This document shows positions 23,201 to 36,326 of a DNA stretch of 64,000 bases, piece after piece; position 1 is the first letter of the stretch, and each line of letters opens with the position of its first letter. The notes beneath the pieces were generated by a model. That model searched no databases. It was given only the letters and a program-made list of their open reading frames with translations, and was not told where the DNA came from. The DNA lies in NCBI GenBank assembly GCA_002269645.1, contig NIVC01000416.1, positions 310,001 through 374,000 of the forward strand, read 5' to 3'. The position numbers were made by a program, and so were the translations under genes. The DNA comes from Macrostomum lignano (Eukaryota).

Positions 23201-26070
23201 GCCCCATTGACCCTCTGCGAGGTTCGGGTTTTCGGACATCCTCTCTCGGGTGAGCCAGCGCTCAAAACGTAGCTTAAGTGTCTAGAAACCCCGACGAAAC
23301 TGGTATAGTCTTCCCGCATTCTCGCAACTTGATGATAGAATATTTTAAGGATTCTTGACATCGGATGCGAGCGTACAAGCGCGCTAAACATTTTTGGCAA
23401 CCGCGGCAGTTCGATTCGATGCATAGGGAATAGAATGAGAGAAATCGTTGCAACGGTCTCCACACTGCATGGTGTACCACACTGAGTCGCAACTCCGAAT
23501 TCAATTAAAAAATAGCCAGCAAAAATCTTAGCTATGTTACTCTCGTATATGACTTGATAACTACAAGTGCTATCAAAGTTCTTAGTTTGTTGTACAGTAG
23601 TTATTGCCTAATGGACGAAATAGACGCAAACCAAAACGTATTAGGAATCGCAAAGAGATCCTCACGCGGGTGCCCAATTGAATTGAGTAACCGATTTTTT
23701 AAGGTGAATTTAGTAACGCTTGAATTTAGTAATGCTTGAATTTAGTAACGCTTGAAGTTAGTAATGCTTGAATTTAGTAACACTTGAATTTAGTAATGCT
23801 TGAATTTAGTAATGCTTGAATTTAGTAACGGTTGAATTTAGTAACGGTTGAATTTAGTAACACTTGAATTTAGTAATGCTTGAATTTAGTAACGCTTGAA
23901 TTTAGTAACGCTTGAAGTTAGTAACACTTGAATTTAGTAATGCTTGAATTTAGTAACGCTTGAAGTTAGTAACGCTTGAAGTTAGTAACGCTTGAAGTTA
24001 GTAACTCTTGAATTTAGTAATGCTTGAATTTAGTAATGCTTGAATTTAGTAACGCTTGAAGTTAGTAACACTTGAATTTAGTAATGCTTGAATTTAGTAA
24101 CGGTTGAATTTAGTAACTCTTGAATTTAGTAACGCTTGAATTTAGTAATGCTTGAATTTAGTAACGCTTGAATTTAGTAACGTTGGAATTTAGTAACGTT
24201 GGAATTTAGTAACTTGAAATTTATTAACGTTGGAATTTAGTCACGCAATGGTAGGGATATACCATATGTATTACTATAATACAATGTTACATTTATATAC
24301 ACCTATTATTTTATGGGTGATGTCGATATTACTATATGCATAAATTTAAGAATTTTCGCCGAATCGCAAGTGTAGATATTTTATTCCGACAATGGTAATA
24401 ATACAAGCTGTATGTGCACAACCACACAAACCCGTACACACGTTTGGTGTTACAATAGGAAGCATGCAATTGGAGTAAGGCTTGTGATAGGCTCACAAAA
24501 GTATATGCTGCACATGAACGCATCTGATCCGAGCAACTCAGTTTTAGTGACAAAACCTATATAAATAATAGGTGTATAATGTAACATTATATTATAGTAA
24601 TACATATGGGATATCCCTTAGCTGCTCCAATGCGTTACTAAATTTAACCGTTACTAAACTCAACCGTTACTAAATTCACGGTTACTAAATTTCGGATACT
24701 AAATTCACACAGACTCCCTCACGCACTTAAAGATAATAAGCAATTTTGAAATCTTTCAATTCTTGGAACAAAAACTGTGCAAAGGATTACCTTTTACCGA
24801 CTAAAACTAACCAATCAACCTACAGGAGCCGTTCAGGAGCTGAAGCTGAGTCACTGCAGCCAGAGTTCCACCGCGTTCTCTGGGATCTGCAGCCGAGCCA
24901 TTGACGGCAACAACAACCAGAACTACCGGAAGCACTCCTGCACTCATACCAACGCAGGGAGGAACTGGTGGCAGGCCAAACTCACCAGCAGGGCTCACAT
25001 CAGGCGAATCCAAATCTTCAACAGACGCGACTGCTGCCCAAACAGACTGCGAAGTTTCTACATCACAGTTGACGGGCACAAGTGCGCTGAGTACCACTCA
25101 AGCAAAGCCTTCTCTGTGAAAACATTCAACTGCGATCGAGTAGGCGAGCTGGTCCGCATTGACAGCAAAATTATCGGCTACTTCACTCTCTGTGAGGTTC
25201 GCGTGTTTGGAGATCCTGTCAGTCTCGAATCTAAATCTCCTGGTGAGTAGTTGCTACCTGATTTTGCCTAAACAGCTTTTTTAATATGCTTAGTTTCTTC
25301 CACAGATACTAGAATAACTCTAGTATCTGTGGTTTCTTCCAACAAAGTTGATATATTCTGTCTGGAATCTCATAGGTAACTTCCGAATTCTAACGGATTC
25401 ATGCTAACGTTCGTTTTTCCAATCGAACTCGTTTTCACACACGGTTGCTAACAGGAATAGTTAAATGCTTCAAGCTTGGATCTCAAGCATGGATATTTTG
25501 GATTATTATTTGCTATTGAATATAGGAAATGCCTTCAGAAGGTGAGACAACGCTTCGGAAGTTTCTGAAGGCGGAGTCAGTCAGTTTATAAAAAGGGCAA
25601 TTCATGGATTAAGCAAGCAACCATCATACAGAAGAATAATACTTCATTTTCCTTGATTTCAGCTAAAGCACGCGGAAAGACTGTCAGAAAACTGAGGCTG
25701 GGCCACTGCAGCCAGAGTTCCACGGCGTTCTCTGGGGTCTGCAGCCGCGCCATCGACGGCAACACCAGCCAGAACTACCGAAAGCATTCCTGCACTCATA
25801 CCGAAATAGAGAGGGGCTGGTGGCAGGCCAGACTCACCAGCAGGGCTCACATCAAGCGAATCCAAATCTTCAACAGACGCGACTGCTGCGCAAACAGACT
25901 GCGCAACTTCTACATCACAGTTGACGGGCACAAGTGCGCTGAGTACCGCTCAAGCAAAGCCTTCTCTGTGAAAACATTCAACTGCGATCGTGTTGGTGCG
26001 GTAGTCCGCATTCACAACAGAATGAGAACCTACTTGACCCTCTGCGAGGTTCAAGTCTATGGAACTTACG
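20215..26070 (+). CDS. Secreted protein with three tandem F-type lectin (fucolectin) domains; exons 20215-20329, 20704-20814, 22851-23249, 24826-25242, 25663-26070; terminal exon uncertain (candidates 26752-26780 or 26766-26776, or read-through to 26171)
   Basis: Signal peptide MVFVASLPVALLLLQCFAGCSA. All introns are phase 1 GT-AG. Each domain has RAIDGN, SCTHT..WWQ, NRRDCCxNR and LTLCEVxVxG, the F-type lectin signature. Confidence 0.85.
20949..21755. repeat. 34-bp (32/38 variants) minisatellite (GAAGCTTTGTGACAATGTGAACCTTGTAGATTGT)n, lectin gene intron 2
   Basis: Tandem units read directly. Confidence 0.95.
22183..22316. mobile_element. Small PIF/Harbinger-like MITE, 134 bp
   Basis: Imperfect TIR AGGCCGGTTCGCATTA...TAATGCAAATTCGGCCT with TAA on both sides. 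Confidence 0.5.
23668..24716. mobile_element. Foldback element whose left subterminal 16-bp repeat (GAATTTAGTAACGCTT) has expanded into an array at 23705-24242
   Basis: Inverted copies of the unit (GTTACTAAATTCA) at 24630-24710; inner arms 24245-24312 and 24560-24620 are inverted; 8-bp direct repeat CCTCACGC at 23660 and 24717. Confidence 0.65.
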
Positions 26071-27612
26071 GTGAGCAACAACTGCTTATGCAACAGTCCA
26101 GACACTTTACATTTGCAGATAGCACCAAAGCTTCCGATGTGAATTTTCCCAGCTATAATTTTAGTATTTAGATTTCTGAAGTCAATAATATTTGTATATA
26201 TTGACAAACTCTTTTTAGTATAGTGGATTAGCATAGCACACAAGCCCCTTTTAGGGCATACACTTTGGGGGAAGCGCATTAATATTACTTGCCCTTGAAT
26301 ACCTGCATGGGCATTTCCCTTTTGAGTTGTCCTATCTTAACACACCCTTTTAAACTTTGGACCTTTGACATCGCAGCAACGCCCTCCCCCTGTGAGAGCT
26401 GACAACCCACCTACCCAATTTCAGTTCATTAATCTGCCGCTCATGGAGTTATTGTTAAGAATTTGAGTACGTCAACATCGGGCGGAAAAAAGATGACGAC
26501 ATTAAATTGTAGCAGTGAAGCTGAACCTTACTGCACTGTATGTTTTAACTAGACGCTAGAGAATTTTAATACTAACAAAACGCACTTCAAAATATTCTAA
26601 CGTAGTCTAACAACATTATATTTATTATATATTTCATAAATGAAGAAAAATAGATCTGCAAGTAGTAACTTAACACTCGAATGTGTATTTTAGACTGTAA
26701 TAACTCTAAAAACTTGAATATATTTATGAACTGCTACTCCTACTTTCGTAGATCGTGTGTCACAGGCGTTAAATAAATAAAAACCAAATTAAACTTCTTT
26801 TAACAAACTCTAATTAAAATCACTTATTCAGGAAAGCGTTTCTACAAAGCCTTTTGTGTTTGATCTGTCTTTTACCATTATGCTGGTTCTAAATCTCGCG
26901 AAACTAATATTGAAGCAACTTAATGAATTCAACGCATGGAACTAATAACTCATAACTGTGCTCCCCCAGTCATCGAGTGCTTGGGAAAATGCAACCCAAC
27001 AGGACCACAACTTTATACATGGAAGGCTTCAAAAGGTGAACTGAGACTCATTAGAGAACTTTAAAAGTGAAGTCTGATTCAACAGGTGAACTTGGAGTCT
27101 TGGACTAATTTGAGAAGTGAAGTTATTCAACAGGTGAACTGAGAATCATTAGAGAAGTGTGCGATTCAACAGGTGAACTTAGACTAATTAGAGAACTATG
27201 TGAACTGGGACTGAGATATGATACAACAGGCTTGAGAAAGACAAATAAAGAAAATATAAAACACACAGATCGACTGAGCTTTTTGCCATTTACTAGAGTT
27301 CATTGAAAATGTTCTACTTCGCAATATGTAAAAGGCGATGTTGACGCCTTTAGTTTATATTTCTAGTTTGCATGTGAATATTGTAATAATTGTTATTAAT
27401 ATTCAAGTTGTATATTGATATTAAAGTTAAAGTCTACTAAACTAATTCTACTGTTAGCGTTTCCAACCAAGTGGAAAAGTCCCTTCAAATAGATTTGCAA
27501 ACAAAAACCGAGGACCCGTACAAACTAAAGTTTTTCAGAAAAATCGGTTCTTTTTACTAGCAATACGTTGTCACTTTGTATTGGGAAAATGAACAATTCA
27601 GAAGCTTTCAGC

Positions 27613-27855
27613 CTACTTGGTGTGCTTGAAGATCTCCTTAGCAACACAATGGTCGCGGCAGTGCAGCAGGTCGAACAATTCCTCCTCGCAGTCCTCAGTG
27701 GTGTTGGGCCGCCGGGCCACGCGCTCCTCGCACTTGTTGAACTTGTCCAAATACTTGGCGCAATGCGACGAGTCGCGGCATTTCTCCCTGATTGAGTCGA
27801 TCGGGTCCTGCAGTTCCTCATCCTCATCGACTGGCGGCTCATTGTCTTTGGTCAT
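27613..27855 (-). CDS. UQCRH: Cytochrome b-c1 complex subunit 6 (hinge protein), 80 aa, single coding exon
   Basis: Acidic N-terminus, DPIDSIREKC, C..C..RV, EDCEEELFDLLHCRDHCVAK. Confidence 0.92.
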   Translation of the reverse strand: MTKDNEPPVDEDEELQDPIDSIREKCRDSSHCAKYLDKFNKCEERVARRPNTTEDCEEELFDLLHCRDHCVAKEIFKHTK

Positions 27856-28799
27856 TTTTGCTGATTAGTTGGACTGGACTGAACACAATTAGCTGAAGTG
27901 GGGAGTTGATGTAATGTTGAACAGTATCTAAGTATTTTTGGAGATTTCAAGCACAACTGGCTACTTTTAGTAGGGTGCTGAAGTTCATTTTTCATTCGTC
28001 CCTTTTAACAAATTAATAGGAAAAAACATATCTGCAAAACTGCTCTATTTTTTACTTTTTAACAATATGTTTTAGAGAGTAACTAGCTAGAAATGAGTTT
28101 TTACATACATGCCCACCCAGTCGATGCAACTTACTTCTATGGGGTTGCAACAATAAAGAACCATTTTTAGGGGTTATGAAAAAATGATCCTTTGAGGTCC
28201 AATTTAATAGAGCTTTCTGTTATTTTGTTTTAATGCAAATGCAATCCTTACTTCTTTCTTTCTTTTCCATTATTCTACACCTTGCCCCCTACACTTTAAT
28301 GTTTTTTCTTAACTAGAGACTTTTGTCTCTGGTTGCAACTTACTTGCCTCTGGCTGTGACATGGTGTCTGTTTTTGCTTCTTCCTTTTTTTCTCCTTCCC
28401 TGCTTCTCCTCTTCCTTTCTCTCCTGCCTTTTTTCTTTCTTCCCCTTATCATCGGATTCTTTTGGGTTGGCCAGTTAGCTAGGAGTTGGGCACAAAGAAG
28501 TTTTTACATGAAATATCATTTAAGATTTATTATATTTTAAAACTTAATGAATACATTGTAGCTTGTATAACTTGCTTGTATTAGAAAATAATATGCTAAC
28601 AAACAGAATATAATTGACAGCTTAATTTGTTTAATCAAGAGCAAATTTTAAAATTTGCAAAGCTTCTGTTTTTTACAAAAATTCTATTTCACTCTTTCAA
28701 TAAATTAAAGATTATAATTTAAATGTGAAAAATGTTTTAAAAATAGAGATCTCTATATTATGCTATTATATTTTTATATATTATGTTTGTATATATATA

Positions 28800-29846
28800 T
28801 GTTGTACTCGCGGGCTGCGATCTCGTCTAGCCCGGTCATTTTGTTTTCCCTGGGTAGCGGGTTCGGTGTGGGACTGCCCCGGGCGCGCGGCGGAGGGATG
28901 GACAGAAGGCGAACGACTGGCGCTCCTCGAGGCGGATGGCCACTTCGAGGGGAAGAGGGAGAGATGCGACCTGGGGCGCACAGGCACTCCTCAGTCACGG
29001 AAGGCTCAGGGTACTGCCGCGGTCAGCGGAGCGGATAGCCACTCAGAGCTGGCCCGGGAGTCACCGAGGTGAATGTGAAATGAGGTGAATGTGAAGGATT
29101 GGCCGGGGCATACAGACACTCTGGACCAATCAAGAGATACGAGGTGATGGATTAGCTAGGGCGTACAGACACTCCAAGCCAATTGAAGAGTGCAAGTGAG
29201 CAAGGGGGTGAGTAGGTGAAGCGATGAGGTGGCGAGGATGGAGGGAAGACACGTGCAGAGAGCCCCAAAAAACGCGAATGCAACCCGAATAAACGTAATT
29301 TAAGCTCACCGGGCGGGGTCAAACCGACTCATGCAATGCAGTTTATTTGGCCGTAGTAACTGTTCTGGCAGCTCGGAGACGGCGGGTGGCAGGGATTAGC
29401 TTGCTACGAAGTGTTCCAATAGTTTACTGGGCTTATGCAGTTTTGTACTTTTATGATAGTTTTCTTACTCAGTTGCTGGTGTAGCTCTAACCACAAAAAC
29501 CAAGCAGCGTGCCACCGGCCGGCTCCAAGCCAGCTAATAAATAGTATGCCAAAAAATGGGGGAGTAGGCCAAACCGGCCTGAGCGCAAATATTCACACAA
29601 CAGAACCCCGCGAGCACCCCACCCTAGCCCAGCCAATCAAAACACGCGCTGGGTAAGGCTCTACGAATGAGGGGGGTAGAAAAGCGAGGGTCTGCCGGCC
29701 CAGCCAACCAATCAGAGCACATGCCGGCTGCCTAAAACCAAAGCCGGCTGAACCAACTCAAACCAGCTAGGCCGGCAGACCGGGTGGTTTGCATGCACCA
29801 AAAAAAACAAGTTGATGAGAAGGTCATTGTGGCGCAGGCCACAACA
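28800..29846 (+). mobile_element. Probable solo LTR (~1047 bp)
   Basis: Starts TGTTGTA and ends CACAACA (6-bp inverted termini), TATA on both sides, internal AATAAA at ~29288, GC-rich block in AT-rich flanks. Confidence 0.55.
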
Positions 29847-31824
29847 TATATATTACATTATTATATATATAGGTAGTTTTGGACATATTTAGTCTATTAT
29901 ATTTTTTAATTGGCAATCTTTTATATATAGAATACTGAAGACCATGAAACTCTAATCTTGGCAATGTCCCCAAGACTAGAAAACATACCATACATATCAT
30001 ATAGCATATACTAGATAGTATAGTATATATACTAGTGTTGATAATTATTAATACTACTTAGGCCTAGATATAGAATTTTGCCAATATAGAATAAGAAATC
30101 TTGAAAAGAAGATTTGACATAGGCCTAATCTTAGATGCATACTAGATCTATACTTAGATAAATACTCAAGCATATTCTAAAACTAATTAGGTTAATTATA
30201 ATCTAATACAACTTTGATAATGGCTAAGATATCCATAGATGAGTTCTATTGATATACATGCCCAAATTTGAAATTTCACTTGGCTAATACAACTTAGTTT
30301 GTCCCAAAAATTATGATTTACTTCTTTAGGGCTGCAACAATAAAGGACCTATTTGTGTTGTGAAAAAACAATGCTTTTGAAATTCTATTAAAAATAACAA
30401 AATATGAAATTAACATTACAGGGTGCAACTCAAAGCTAGCTTAGATTATGAATGAATGCCATGTTGCTGACTAAATCTAGGGTACCAGTATTAGACAATA
30501 GACAATCAATGAAACACCAAGTATAGGCCTGCCCCTACTACCACTTAGGATACCTATAGCATCTATATAAAATAGATTTTAATATCAACCATAGTCTAAA
30601 ATGGGGATATCTATCTAAAAGACCCCTTCATAGAGACCCTTGAAATGATTTTGTGGTTTGAGGCTAATGACAATTGAGGATCTTAGAGAAAAATGATTAA
30701 AATAGAAATTTAGTTGCTTTAGAAATCTTTTAAAATAAAATTCATTATATAATATATTGTAGCATTTTATCAACAAGATTTTCTAATCTAAATACCTTGG
30801 ACAATTCAGTGATAACAAAGCTGACTATATTATATATATATATTTTAATTGCTAGGCCTAGGGCCTAACTATACTATGCATAGGCTTTATGCACTAGTCC
30901 CGAGTAGCCTATGCACTATGTATGCAAGAAGTTTTTCTCCTAGGCCTACACACTACATGCATGCCATGGCATATAAGAAAGTTGGATCAAATCTATTGAG
31001 TGTGCACCAATAGACTTGGAAGGGTGGGTTACAATAAATAGATGACTGCAAAAAGCAAGGAGGTATCTTATTGTGAGCCTTAAACTATCTGCCATTGTAA
31101 ACTATAATCTAAACATTGCAATATCAATAATTTTGACTAAAAAAATCGTATAATAAGCTATAGTTTGGAAGGCAACATGTATGCTAGGATTTTTTAGCAT
31201 AGGCCTTTTAGTAAATAAGGGTATTTACTATTTTCTAATATATATTAGCATATATCCTAGCATACATAACATAACAAAAATATTGTGATAAATGATGTTA
31301 TGACAATGACATATTTTTAATCTTAGTATTTAAATAAGGTCTTGAACTTTTTATCTTGCATTGGACCAGGTAGGGCCTATACTAAGCAGGATATAGTTTA
31401 GAAGGTGATATATATTAGGATTTCCTAGCATATAAAAAGGGTACCTGCTATTTTTCAATGTATATTAATATACATATCTTAGCATACATGACAGTGGAAA
31501 CATTGTTAATAACATTTTTAGTCCCAATATAGGGCCTACAAATGAGGTCTTGTATATTTCTTGTACCAAACCTAATATACTATAGGCCTAGACCTAATAA
31601 TATATAATCCTAACTATAGCCAGTATGGGGTATGGGATATATATTAATAGGGGCCTAGGGGCCTATATCATCTAAACTATGGATAATAAGTAAATAGATA
31701 GACAAGCAGATATATTAGCCTAGACTAGACTATAATTGGATAAATAGGCAAGTATAAATAATATTTTAGGCATTTAGGAAGATATGCCTAATTAAAGACT
31801 AAGACGGATAATATTTTGGGAGCA

Positions 31825-32400
31825 CAAGAAATGCCTACAAATGAATTGCCTGCCAAGATTTGCCTACTAAGATTTACCTACAATGTATTTTGCCTATGAG
31901 TGAATTGCCTATAGAGATTTGCCTACTAAGAATTGCCAGCAATACAATTTGCCTGCAAATGAATGGCCTATGAGCAAATCAAAAAATTGCTTGCCAAGTT
32001 TTTTCTTATAAGCTTTGCCCACAGCACATTTGGCCATGCAGTAGATTTTGTTTGGATTGCTTTCCCTATCGTTAATAAGTCTTTATAAAAAGATTTACCT
32101 AACCTAATCAAAATATTTTGATAGTAACTGCATAGAGACCTATCAAATACATTTTTGGGAGGGGTGGCAATGCAAAATTCAAAAAGAATCTAGTTGCCAA
32201 ATGTGCTGCAAGAAAAAGCATTGTGGGCAAACCTATAGGCAAATATTGGTGGTCAATTTGCTCCAGCTCATGGGCAAAATGCACTTAGGCCTACAAGCAA
32301 ATCTTGGCAAAAAAGCTCAGCGGGCAAATCTTGACAGGCAAATCTCCTGCAAGTAAATCTTGGCGAGCAATTTGTCTGCGAGCAATTCTTATAGACCTAG
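31825..32400. mobile_element. Decayed foldback/MITE with inverted arrays of short subterminal repeats
   Basis: Left arm has TTTGCCTA/TTGCCTGC motifs, right arm has the inverted TAGGCAAA/GGGCAAAT/GCGAGCAA motifs. Confidence 0.45.
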
Positions 32401-32530
32401 TATTTTTGTCCATATGACTGCACACCAGACAGATAGCCTAAGTAAATAAACATTCAGATAGGCAAATAGGAAATAGGCAATATTTCCTATTTGCCTATAC
32501 AATACCTATATAATCCCCGATTATATGTAA

Positions 32531-32813
32531 TGGCTAGAGTTCTGGCACCGGAACCCATTTTCTAATGGCTATGGATCCGGCAGTCTTCTGCAGGCAGTTA
32601 TCTACTTATGAAGTCAAGTCTTGAACATTAGAAGTGTCTTGATTCGAATCTCATCGTTTTGTTTTGATCTTATCTTGAACAAAATCTCAATATCAACCAC
32701 CCATTAAAGAGTAAATGTTTCCGTTATATTTATACCCATAAATTGCACTACTGGAATACCACTGCCGGATCCATAGCCATTAGAAAATGGGTTCCGGTGC
32801 CGGAACCTAGCCA
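32531..32813. mobile_element. MITE-like element with ~54-bp near-perfect TIRs
   Basis: 32531-32584 is the reverse complement of 32761-32813; no TSD identified. Confidence 0.65.
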
Positions 32814-35444
32814 GATTATTGCCCCCAGATTATTTAGGTAATCTGTCATAATGTACAAATTTCTAATTCTAGAATCTAGGATAGCATTTATTACTATTTT
32901 TTAGAGGTCGGATGGGATTGAAATCTTCGGGCGGGATCGGGATCAGGAATAATTTTTTCTCAGGATTGGGATCGGGATCAGGATTCGCGGGAATCGGCAT
33001 CAGGGTCTTTGAGGCTTTGCATATTTCCAATTCTAGAATAATGTGGTAGGCCGGTCTACCACTGGGGCTCCTGCAACGGTTGGCGGCGCGCGAAGCGCCT
33101 CCACCCGGTGGGATATTCTTGACGTCACTCCTGCTCCCCCGGTTGAACTGTGCGTTTTCCTTTCGTTGCCCCTACCTGTGGTCCAATAGTTGCCCCTTCC
33201 CTTGGTCCCGCTTTGTTTTGCTGTATTCCTTCCGGGTTTGCCCTTTTTCCCGCCAGTGTTCCCCCCGGTGTTCCACCCAGTGTTCCCTTCGGTGTCCCCC
33301 CTATTGGATCTGTGTAATTTTTATGTATAAAACCGTCGCGTTTTACTTCTTTATCTTTTACGTTTCTTTTGCTACTTCTGCTATTACTTTTGCTTTTGCT
33401 AGCTCGCCCGCTCGCTCTCTCGCTCTCTGTTGGTTGTTGGTAAATTATCTCGCGTAGCAATAAATAAGTAACAATAATAATAACCACGAAAACATAATTA
33501 ATAAGTTCGCCAATATTAATATTATCCATACAGTTGTTCAGAATCGAAGCTTTTAGTTTTTCTATTGAGTCATTTGCCCGCGGGGCGTAAAATAACCAGT
33601 CAGTCTCAACTCAAAGAAAGCTCTGAGACCCTCAACGTTCCGTAAAACGACATTTACGGTGGTGGCAGCGCTACTTTACTACTGTTAGTAACCAAACGAG
33701 CATATTCGACGAACTACGAGTTTACGGTGTCTGAGGACCCAATCTGAACGACTCGGGCCGCTACTAGACTGCTCGACTACGATTACGACTACCCTCCCCC
33801 CGGAATTGAGGACCCGGCAGACGGAGTAACCAAGGAGAAGAATCAACGCATCAATTGTACAATTTTCCGGCTTTACGTGCCGACGACAAACCCAAATTTT
33901 ATTTTCCCAATTTCAAAGTTTACTACTACTACTTTTTTTTTATTTTCTTCTCCACCCCCACCTCAATAAGAATTGGTTCGGATCTTCCAAGAAAAACAGC
34001 AGTATAACTATTTAATTCTGTTGAATGTTTGACTGCCTTAACAACCTCACCTAGCACAATTTTTCACTTTCTTCTTGGCGATTGTCATTCAATAATAAAA
34101 ACTTTATAGCACGTTGTGACAGTGTGATTCGTAGAGGCGTGTATTTCTTATTCTTATTTCTTTAGTTTCATATGCAAACCGTACTATACTACTGTATTCT
34201 TTCATTTATTTTAACAATATTCGTACGTATTATTATCGCGCTATTTTTACTGTTAATTGCTTTGTTTTTGTAGCCTCGTATGTATTTATTCTATTATTTG
34301 TATTTCATTCATATCGTTATTATTTCTCGTAAAGTAGTTCTACCTATGTACTTGTACTGACATATGTTATTCTTGCTTGATATATTTATCGATTAATTTG
34401 TACATGTACATTGCGCGCCGCGTGGGGGGTTGTTTGTCTGGGTTTTGGATTAAGGGTGTTGTTATCTGTTTACCTTTAAATATATGCTTACACTGCAGTC
34501 AGCAGCCGCTCTCGCCCTTCCCCTTGCTTCGCTTCTCGACCTAGGCTCGCTAACCCTTAGCTGTGACGCTGTCTGGCCTCCTTACACCAACTCTTCCGCC
34601 GTCTACCTTGGCACACCAATTAGTTAATTAAGTGATCCAGCAATTTTAAGTAGCACTAGCAAAAGTCTAAGGATTGAAGCGGCTTGCCGATCTGCTAACT
34701 AATCGTGAACTATCTAAATTAACCGCTACACAAATCCGTCTTATTCGCCTTATTCGTCACAACGTATCTCCCTCTAGTTATGGAGACAAAACTTCACAAA
34801 TTGGTTCTGGTTCTGGAACCAGAACAAGAAATATGAAAGGCCCTTTTAGTGTATTGTAGTTCGTAGGTCCATATAAAGTTAAACAAAATTGAGCAAAAAA
34901 TGTCAAGATCAAAAGTAAAACACAACAAATTTGATGCAAAGTTTTGTAATGAACTAAGTAATAATGTAATGAATACAAGTTAAAACAAAATACATTTAAG
35001 TAATCACTAATTCTATAAACTTTTGATCAAAATACCTGTTCCCGATTCGGTGTAAGACCAAGATGGCCACAGCTGGGGTGGGGTCACGGAAAATGACAAC
35101 TGGTTTTCTATTGGATAGCTTCGGTTGGGGAGATGTGGGGTTGCAATGGGGGGTTTAGACAGGCAGTCAAAATTTTATTAGTATATTGCAGAGTTAGAGA
35201 CAAAAATTGTTACGAGTCTTAATTTTCTACTTATAGTAGGCCCCTAAGAGGTGTAAACATATTTTGTATTAAGCAAATCTCTTCTTCATATAAAATCAGG
35301 TGTAGCTTTTTCCAGTTTCTCTCATTGGTCGAGAATAATTTACTTGTTTAAAAGGGATAAAAACTGGGTAAATTTCATGCCCTGTTACAAAAATTCATCT
35401 GCTTCATTCACTGACAATTAACGGTCTTAGCATTTAGACACAAA

Positions 35445-36326
35445 ATGGCAGGCGCATATCCATGTGTGGTCTGGCTGCAGCCAGTTTGCGATGGACAAGA
35501 AGCAATTGAGTGTTCTCAATGCTTGAATTGGAAGCACGTGCATGTGATAGTCGCGTCACAATCGATCAGTATTCTGCAATGAGAAATGTCGGTGAGTTTT
35601 TCTGGCTTTGCAATCAATGCAATAGACGGGCTCCTGCAGGTAACTTAGCAGTGTCTCAAGCTGCAGAGATGCTGCAGTGGTACACGTGTACAAGCCCCGA
35701 ATTCTGGACCAGCGGCTGTTCCTCTGTCTGCTGAAAATCCAGAACCATTAGTGCATCTGGTTCCGGCGCAAGCGGAAAATTTTATTTACCATTATCCAGA
35801 TTTCAATAATGACCCTGATCCAGCTCTGGAAGAATCCATTCAAATTCCTCCAGCAGAGCTTGCACCGCCCCGCAGCCCACCTCCCCAGCCCTTTGAGATT
35901 CTTAACAGGTGCAGGATGCAGTCACGGAAAAGACCTTCTAGTGCAGTATGCCCAAACGAGACCTTGGCCCATCTGATGGATGAAAAAACGCGGCGAAATG
36001 GCAGCACGTACTATCGCTGCACTAAGCGTTTATCACTGCACTGTCATGGCTCCGCAGTCCGCCGGGCTGATGGAACCATAGGAGCCCTTGCTCCGCACAC
36101 GTGCGATCCAGTTGATCGGCCAGCTCAGAAGAGAAAGGCAGCAAAGGAGGTAAAGGAGGGAGCAAAGCGCATGTTGTTTACCTCTGCTAGAATTATCGCG
36201 GAGGAGAAGGTAAGAGAATTTTCACCTGAAGTGCAGGAGGTGCTTAGTATTGAGTCATTGAGTCGCAATGCTAATTACAGTCGCAAAAAAGATCGCCCTA
36301 TGGAACCTGTTGACGATTCGCTTTGA
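35445..36326 (+). pseudogene. Disrupted PHD finger plus FLYWCH-like zinc finger, N-terminal part of a MULE-type transposase
   Basis: YPCVVW..ECSQCLNWKH, frameshift, then RAC..FWLCNQC (PHD C4HC3 with one Cys changed to Trp). Downstream ORF has YYRCTKR..C.G..HTC and SIESLSRNANYSRKKDRPMEP. No DDE domain visible. Confidence 0.6.

Noticed and set aside
22835-27868. Antisense and alternative-frame ORFs over lectin, UQCRH, GAPDH and copine exons
   Set aside because: Shadow ORFs of GC-rich coding sequence with no independent motifs.
32458-32498. Perfect 18-bp-stem hairpin as a Helitron 3' end or terminator
   Set aside because: No CTRR end or other Helitron features nearby; more likely part of the adjacent decayed TAGGCAAA-repeat element.
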